Shown here piece after piece: positions 57,318 through 64,000 of a DNA stretch of 64,000 nucleotides. Below the pieces are notes generated by a model that searched no databases, was not told where the DNA came from, and saw only the letters and a list, made by a program, of their open reading frames with translations. Source of the stretch: Hormiphora californensis (Eukaryota > Animalia > Ctenophora); NCBI GenBank assembly GCA_020137815.1, contig CM035359.1:558001-622000 (forward strand), given 5' to 3'. Position 1 is the first letter of the stretch. Each line of letters begins with the position of its first letter. Made by a program: the position numbers and the translations under genes.

Positions 57318-59378
57318 ATGAGCATACTCGGAAATGTTCAGGTCGAGCACATGAAGGTCGAGCACAAGGTCGAGCACAAGGTCCGGTCAATGTCAGCACT
57401 TTTTTTCGCGCTGCGGCTCAACGGCGGTTCAACGACGCGCAGTGGTCACGTAACTGGTCAGACCTTGTGCTCGACCTCGTGCTCGACCTTTCATACGACG
57501 TGCGCGCCGTGAAATCTCGCGCGAAATTCCCACAGAGTTGATCTCCGCGTCAGCCGTTTCTCCCATCAAGTCACAGACAAACATTCGCGCCCTGGCGTCA
57601 ATTTACCAAGGCAGACGGCAGCTTGCTGATGAACAAAAACATGACATGACATTACCAAACAATGTTTGAAACTTTGAACCAGTAGCATCTTCCTTTTTTC
57701 GCCAGTGTAGGGAGTCAAATTATAAACATCTTTTAGTTATAAATAAGGTAACAAAATTAAAAATATGATAATGAATAGCATGGTAATCAGGCATTGCCTG
57801 ACAGGCAATTGATAATCATAAATATAACACACAGATCCGCATTTTTCACATAAATTATGGGAACTATCAGTATCAGTTTCTCTATTGAGAGAAAATTGTT
57901 GATTAGCCGCATAATTAACGAGGAAGCTGTGTTTTCTCCTTCCGGCCGGATCTGGACCACTGACCAGCTTTATGAAATGAGTACTAGAGTATTCGACGGG
58001 TTTTAATTTTGATATCATATTGTAGAACGTAGCGTTGTTCTACAATAAAACCCTATTCAGTTCGTATCCCGACCAAAAGGAGAAAACACAACTTTCACAG
58101 TTACTTTACACCCATGAAATCTACATGTCCTCTCACCTCGACAGCTCATCACAGCCACAATCACAGCCCGTATGTCGTATGACTCTTCTTATAAGCTTCG
58201 AGTATTTTAGAATATAGAGTCCATGGCCTTTTTATGGTCTTTGTAGAGTCAAATCTTTATTAATACCAGATCCAATGTCATCGTAAGTCAGAGCAGCCAC
58301 GTCATTACGCCAATAATTAATAAGCCGGCTTCATTAGACACTAGCGATCCCCTTGAACTGTACTGCACTTGCACTTGTAGTCCTCTATATATATATTTTG
58401 TAGTCCTCCACATATAGTTTTGCACTAGCAGCTCCTTCAGTTACTGAAATGGAAAAAACATAGCGAGATAGAGTTCCAGCCCCCTGGTAACAAATATAAT
58501 AGAGCGAGGAATGTATCTTTTCAGAGCGGGAAAAGTGAAAATACTCGGAGAGTTCTGCTCTACTACATCAATCAAGCTTGTACAATTCTTTTTCTGTCTA
58601 CTCTGACTTTAACGAGACTTACCAATTTCTATCGCACAGGGTTAATTTAAATATCGTGTACTGGTCCTGGGCTTTTTGTCAGCTTTGTGCTTGTTATGAG
58701 GCGATCCCATATACTATCTGGTCATATTCCAAACAAATAGATATCACTGTCTCGACCCTGCATGAGGAGAGAATATATCAGTAGTCAGTACAAAGGATGG
58801 GAGCAGGTTTAGGGACATCCAACATCTATTTAGTTTTTTTATCGGTTGTTGGGACGTGGAGAGGTAGGGCCTAATGAAGAGATTAGATATCAGTACGGAG
58901 GTTGGGAGCAGGTTTTAGGAAATCCTACATTTATCTACTGTCATCATCTTTTTAGATATACCTTACTCTCGATTTTTAAGAAACGCTTTAGTGAGAAACT
59001 TTTTTATAAGAAACTTTTCAAATGTAAATCACACAATTCAGAGACACCGCAACAAAATAGAACACCCCCAACTTGTTTAGTTTCTTGATATAGAAGAAAT
59101 TCTTTTTGTTTTTGGATTGCTTACACTTGAAGTTTCCTAGAAAAAAGTTTCTTATTGAAAAGTTTCTTGAAATATGAGAGCTTAATTAACGAGAGTAAGG
59201 TTTTCTCCGCTGATGTGGGGTACTGGGTAGGGCCTAAATTAGATCGCCTAATTTAGAGATTACAAATCAGTTCATGGTGACCCACACATGCTCACCCTTC
59301 ACACAGACACCCCACACAAACATCCACTACTACCACACCCCTCCCCCCTCCGCATCCCCCTCCCTTCCCAAACCCAGA

Positions 59379-60240
59379 ATCTCCATCTCCATCTCCATCT
59401 CCATCTCCATCTCCATCTCCATCTCCATCTCCATCTCCATCTCCATCTCCATCTCCATCTCCATCTCCATCTCCATCTCCATCTCCATCTCCATCTCCAT
59501 CTCCATCTCCATCTCCATCTCCATCTCCATCTCCATCTCCATCTCCATCTCCATCTCCATCTCCATCTCCATCTCCATCTCCATCTCCATCTCCATCTCC
59601 ATCTCCATCTCCATCTCCATCTCCATCTCCATCTCCATCTCCATCTCCATCTCCATCTCCATCTCCATCTCCATCTCCATCTCCATCTCCATCTCCATCT
59701 CCATCTCCATCTCCATCTCCATCTCCATCTCCATCTCCATCTCCATCTCCATCTCCATCTCCATCTCCATCTCCATCTCCATCTCCATCTCCATCTCCAT
59801 CTCCATCTCCATCTCCATCTCCATCTCCATCTCCATCTCCATCTCCATCTCCATCTCCATCTCCATCTCCATCTCCATCTCCATCTCCATCTCCATCTCC
59901 ATCTCCATCTCCATCTCCATCTCCATCTCCATCTCCATCTCCATCTCCATCTCCATCTCCATCTCCATCTCCATCTCCATCTCCATCTCCATCTCCATCT
60001 CCATCTCCATCTCCATCTCCATCTCCATCTCCATATTCCATCTCCATCTCCATCTCCATCTCTGCATCTCTGCATCTCTCCATCTCTCCATCTCTCCATC
60101 TCTCCATCTCTCCACATCTCTCCATCTCTCCATCTCTCCATCTCTCTCCATCTCTCCATCTCTCCATCTCTCCATCTCTCCATCTCCATAGTCCATCTCC
60201 ATCTCTCCATCTCTCTATCTCTTCATATCCATCTCTCCAT
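59379..60240. repeat. (ATCTCC)n hexamer array grading into (ATCTCTCC)n
   Basis: About 650 bp of perfect hexamer, then an octamer variant; an adjacent segment is duplicated (~60200-60370 and ~60480-60657). Confidence 0.97.
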
Positions 60241-61009
60241 CTCCATGCAAAACGCACATTCATGACTAGAGACAGATAAACGTAATTGAAGCGAAGAAAA
60301 GAAATGGTAGTTGGGTGGCGCCCTTGTTGGGACAGCTCTGCTTCCCAGCTGTTCGACACAGGGAGGACTCTCTCCATCTCTCCATCTCTCCATCTCTCCA
60401 TCCCTTAATCTCTCAATCTCTCTATCTCTCTATCTCTCTATCTCTCCATCCCTTAATCTTTCAATCTCTCTATCTCTCTATCTCTCCATCTCTCTATCTC
60501 TTCATATCCATCTCTCCATCTCCATGCAAAACGCACATTCATGACTAGAGAATAGAGATAGATAAACGTAATTGAAGCGAAGAAAAGAAATGGTAGTTGG
60601 GTGGCGCCCTTGTTGGGACAGCTCTGCTTCCCAGCTGTTCGACACAGGGAGGACTCATGAAGAAAAGAAAGCCAATTAGACATAAATGGGTGATTCAAAG
60701 ATGACGTCCACTGTCCAGGAGTAGGGGAGGGGCCAGGGGAGGTAGCCGGCGGACCTTACCTGGAGTTATGAGTAAAGTCAAAGCTATAATTTTAGTGAAT
60801 ATCCTCAAGCTCCTCCATCATGATAGTAAACACCTCCAACTGCTTCTGGGATTCTAGTTTTACTAATTTATCCTGTTTTTTTTCATTTTTACAAACATCC
60901 TAAATGGAAAGGGTGGCTTTCACATCGGTAAGCGGTAAATGTTAGGCCCTAACTTGGTATAGGACGTTCTGGTACATTTAATATGGTAAACCTCAACCCA
61001 ACCCAATCG

Positions 61010-62652
61010 GTACCCACCCGCAGTACCAATACCTCCTGTACCAATACCTCCAGTACCGAATAGGTACTGGACGTATTGGTACAGAGGGCAGAAAGGAGGG
61101 GTCAAATGCCCTGTGTACCAACGATAGGTTAATGAGATCTCGTTGGTACACAGGGCATTTGACCCCCCTATTTCACCCTCTGTACCAACGAGTACATACC
61201 AACCGTACCAATATGACATTCATGGTGAATAGTATGTAAAAATACTGTTCAATTGGAAATGTATTTAGCTGAATGGTAGTTGCATAGATCTCGAACTTGG
61301 GTTAATTCATTGCCAGAGAATTGCTATTAACCAGCACGACTCCAAACCGATCCGGTATCATTGTGATATGTGAAATTATGTTGGAACCATGTCATGGATG
61401 TAGGTGTGATGGGATAGGAGTAAGAAATGAGCTCCTCTCCTCCGTTTCGTAGTGTTCTGTTGTCCTCAAACGAGCCTTGCAGCCTTGGGTCCGTTTTTTG
61501 TTGCAGTACCAGTATACCACTAACGTTTTTTGTTGCAGTACCACTAACGCTCCTGACTTTAGTGCTCTTGGTCTCCCGTCTCTCACAAAAAGTTGTCCCC
61601 CAACGGCTAATTGCTTCCCACCGCTATTTCCAAGAACGACATTAACAGTATCGTCTTGCGGAAGTACTTCTTCAACTGAAAGATGAAGTTGTTTAATTCA
61701 ACTGTAACTGCAGTAGCTAACTGTGCCACATAAAGTGAGAGCGCCTTTGCTATTACACGAAGACCAAGCCCCAATCGGCCATCTCGTATTGCTAATTGGA
61801 GTTACACACTGCAACCCGAGGAGCTGTACGCTAACACCAAGTCCAACTAACCGAAGCTAAGGGCGTATGCTATGGGGGAGGGTGGATTCAAATTGGAGTG
61901 ATAAGAAAGTAAACACTTACGATGTTCGTTAGCGGCAGAAGTAGCAGAATAATCATTTGAAATCGGCACTGAAGGTGATTCAGCATCTAACTCCAAAATC
62001 GATGCAACGTCAAAAGTAGGGCTAGGATTGACTGTACCGCTTACTTAGGCTATCATAATCAGCAAACTGGGAAGGCGGTTCAATGATACCGGATCGCGTC
62101 TAGTCAATATTGTGACATGGTTCCAATATAATTTCACATATCACAATGATACCGGATCACGTCTAGTCCAATTTTATACAGTTAATTAGCTTTGAAGTCG
62201 AGCTGGTTAATAGCAATTCTATTGCAATGAGTTAACCCAAGTTCGAGATCTATGCAACTCGCATTCGGCTAAATACATTTCCAATTAAACAGTATTTTTA
62301 CATACTATTCACCTAGTTGTCTCATATAAGACCGTCCTCTTCGCACCTGGCGGCTACGTGAGGCCGGTGCGAAGAGGACGGTCTTATATGAGCACCGAGG
62401 TTGCCCGGTGTACAGTCAGTGTCTGCCAATATTCACCATGAATGTCATATTGGTACGGTTGGTATGTACTCGTTGGTACAGAGGGTGAAATAGGGGGGTC
62501 AAATGCCCTGTGTACCAACGAGATCTCATTAACCTATCGTTGGTACACAGGGCATTTGACCCCTCCTTTCTGCCCTCTGTACCAATACGTCCAGTACCTA
62601 TTCGGTACTGGAGGTATTGGTACAGGAGGTATTGGTACTGCGGGTGTGATTC
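61010..62652 (-). mobile_element. Defective MULE with ~300-bp TIRs, 9-bp TSD and a FLYWCH-like transposase remnant
   Basis: ACCCAATCG duplicated at 61001-61009 and 62653-62661; TIR CACCCGCAGTACCAATACC; minus-strand remnant VYWYCNKKRTQGCKARLRT (61392-61586). Confidence 0.82.
62314..62429 (+). mobile_element. 116-bp hairpin variant of the 85-bp element, 8-bp TSD, inserted in the MULE right TIR
   Basis: TATTCACC duplicated at 62306-62313 and 62430-62437; the left TIR shows the empty site. Confidence 0.82.
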
Positions 62653-64000
62653 ACCCAATCGACAACCGGCCTAACAGAGGTCAGGGACATACAAAAGATA
62701 GAGAGGGAGGGAGAGAGAGAGAGAGAGGGAGAGAGAGAGAGAGACAGAGAGAGACAGAGAGAGACAGAGAGAGGTCATTGGTCAAGCACGAGATCAAGCA
62801 CGAGGTCGAGCACGAGGTCGAGCACAAGGTCAGCACAAGGTCTGGGCACGGTCGTGGAGAAGGTCTGCGATGAAATGAACAGATTCCAGACATTTTAATC
62901 TATTTTTCAAACTCGCGCGGCTCATCAATGTGACTTACCTGATTTTGATTTGCGCGTGACTGTGCACTACCTGTGTTCTCGACCTGTGCACTACCTGAAC
63001 ATTTCCGAGTATGCTCATTAGGGATCCCTATTTTGAAACGCAAACAACTTTTTTTAAAGATCCGATCATGATTGTTTTGCGCGGCGTCAAATGCAGCGCA
63101 TAAAGTAATTTTCTCGCGTGCAACGTAATTAAACATACCGCGGCAGCACTGTTCCAAAATCTATTTTTAAAATTGATTCGATTAAAAAATCGCGTCGTGG
63201 TTTGTGTGTTTTTTCAAAATGGCAAAAAAATCTGACTTGGTCCTTGAAAAGCGCTGCCTTATCCCGTGCTGCCAGGAGCGTTAGCCAAGCTTGGCCCCCT
63301 CGATCCCTTGCAGGGCCCATGCCCCCTTCCCACGCTCAGCCCATGGGTCCTGATCGCCCGGCGGGACTGCTCCCTGCTCGTGTCACCCTGCCTATTTAAA
63401 TCATTAATACTACTTATGATAATACCCTATCTTAACTTATTACTATTCCTGTGTCATGCGTGACTCTGTGTCTGTGTTTTTTACGGTCATGCTTGTTTGT
63501 GTGAGTGTGTTTTTGTGTGTTTGTGTGTGTGTATGTGTGTGTACTGTATACTTTTGGGTATGAGCATGTATGTGAGGGTAATTTCTATTTTTCTATTTAT
63601 TTTTAAATCTGTTTTAACTGTACAGCATAATTTGACTCAGCGACTATACTAATTTATTATACTATGCTATATTTAGCTGTTCTGCATCTTCCCTACCCCT
63701 AGTTATCCCCTAGTTAATCATCTAAGTATCTACCCTTATTTAACTATCTATCTATCAACTTACTATTTATTATTACAGTACCTAATCTATAATATATAAA
63801 TACCCCTTGGACTTTTGAATCGGCATCAGCATAACATGGACTTTTTACCGGACAACCGTTTAATTACTCGCTAAAAGGAGTGTCAATATGTATACAATTG
63901 TTATTGTTATATGTATTGAATTAGATTGAATAAATAATAAAATCACCCTGCCCGCTGACAGTTGCTGTCGCCCCTTGCCTGGCTAGACTGTGTTTCGGGC

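Noticed and set aside
58650-58910. SET-domain-like fragment (GPNEEIRYQYG)
   Set aside because: A single short motif with no NHSC motif and no supporting exons.
59274-60401. 290-370 aa dipeptide-repeat ORFs (IS, HL, GD, WR, ME)
   Set aside because: (ATCTCC)n has no stop codon in any frame. The ER/SL ORFs over (GA)n tracts are rejected for the same reason.
63240-63945. Possible LINE 3' end
   Set aside because: No RT motifs or clear TSD within the window.

Overview
Repeat-rich genomic DNA from a eukaryote, most likely an invertebrate animal. It has GT-AG introns and many (GA)n tracts. Nested intronic genes and acceptor-like YAG sites just before start codons are compatible with a ctenophore or another spliced-leader trans-splicing lineage; this is inference. 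I reconstructed these genes by hand. (1) A ZNFX1-type SF1 helicase/NF-X1 zinc-finger gene ending in a degenerate plus an apparently catalytic PARP-like ADP-ribosyltransferase domain (572-6824, minus). Its 3' part carries about 12 single-base indels that look like long-read errors. (2) A 7-exon class A GPCR. (3) A 2-exon multipass membrane protein. (4) A 32.5-kb, 23-exon gene encoding SP-LCCL-TIL-4xIg-C-type lectin-CCP-hydrophobic tail (23758-56261, minus). Its intron 5 holds a Vasa/DDX3-like DEAD-box helicase with an internal duplication, a mu-class GST, and a sulfotransferase-like gene split by a young CR1/L2-group LINE. Many non-autonomous DNA transposons have clear target-site duplications (TSDs). 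One family is only 23-78 bp long with 8-bp TSDs; one copy has a filled/empty site pair in the window and another duplicated a GPCR splice donor in frame. Exon coordinates were derived manually and may be off by a few bases.
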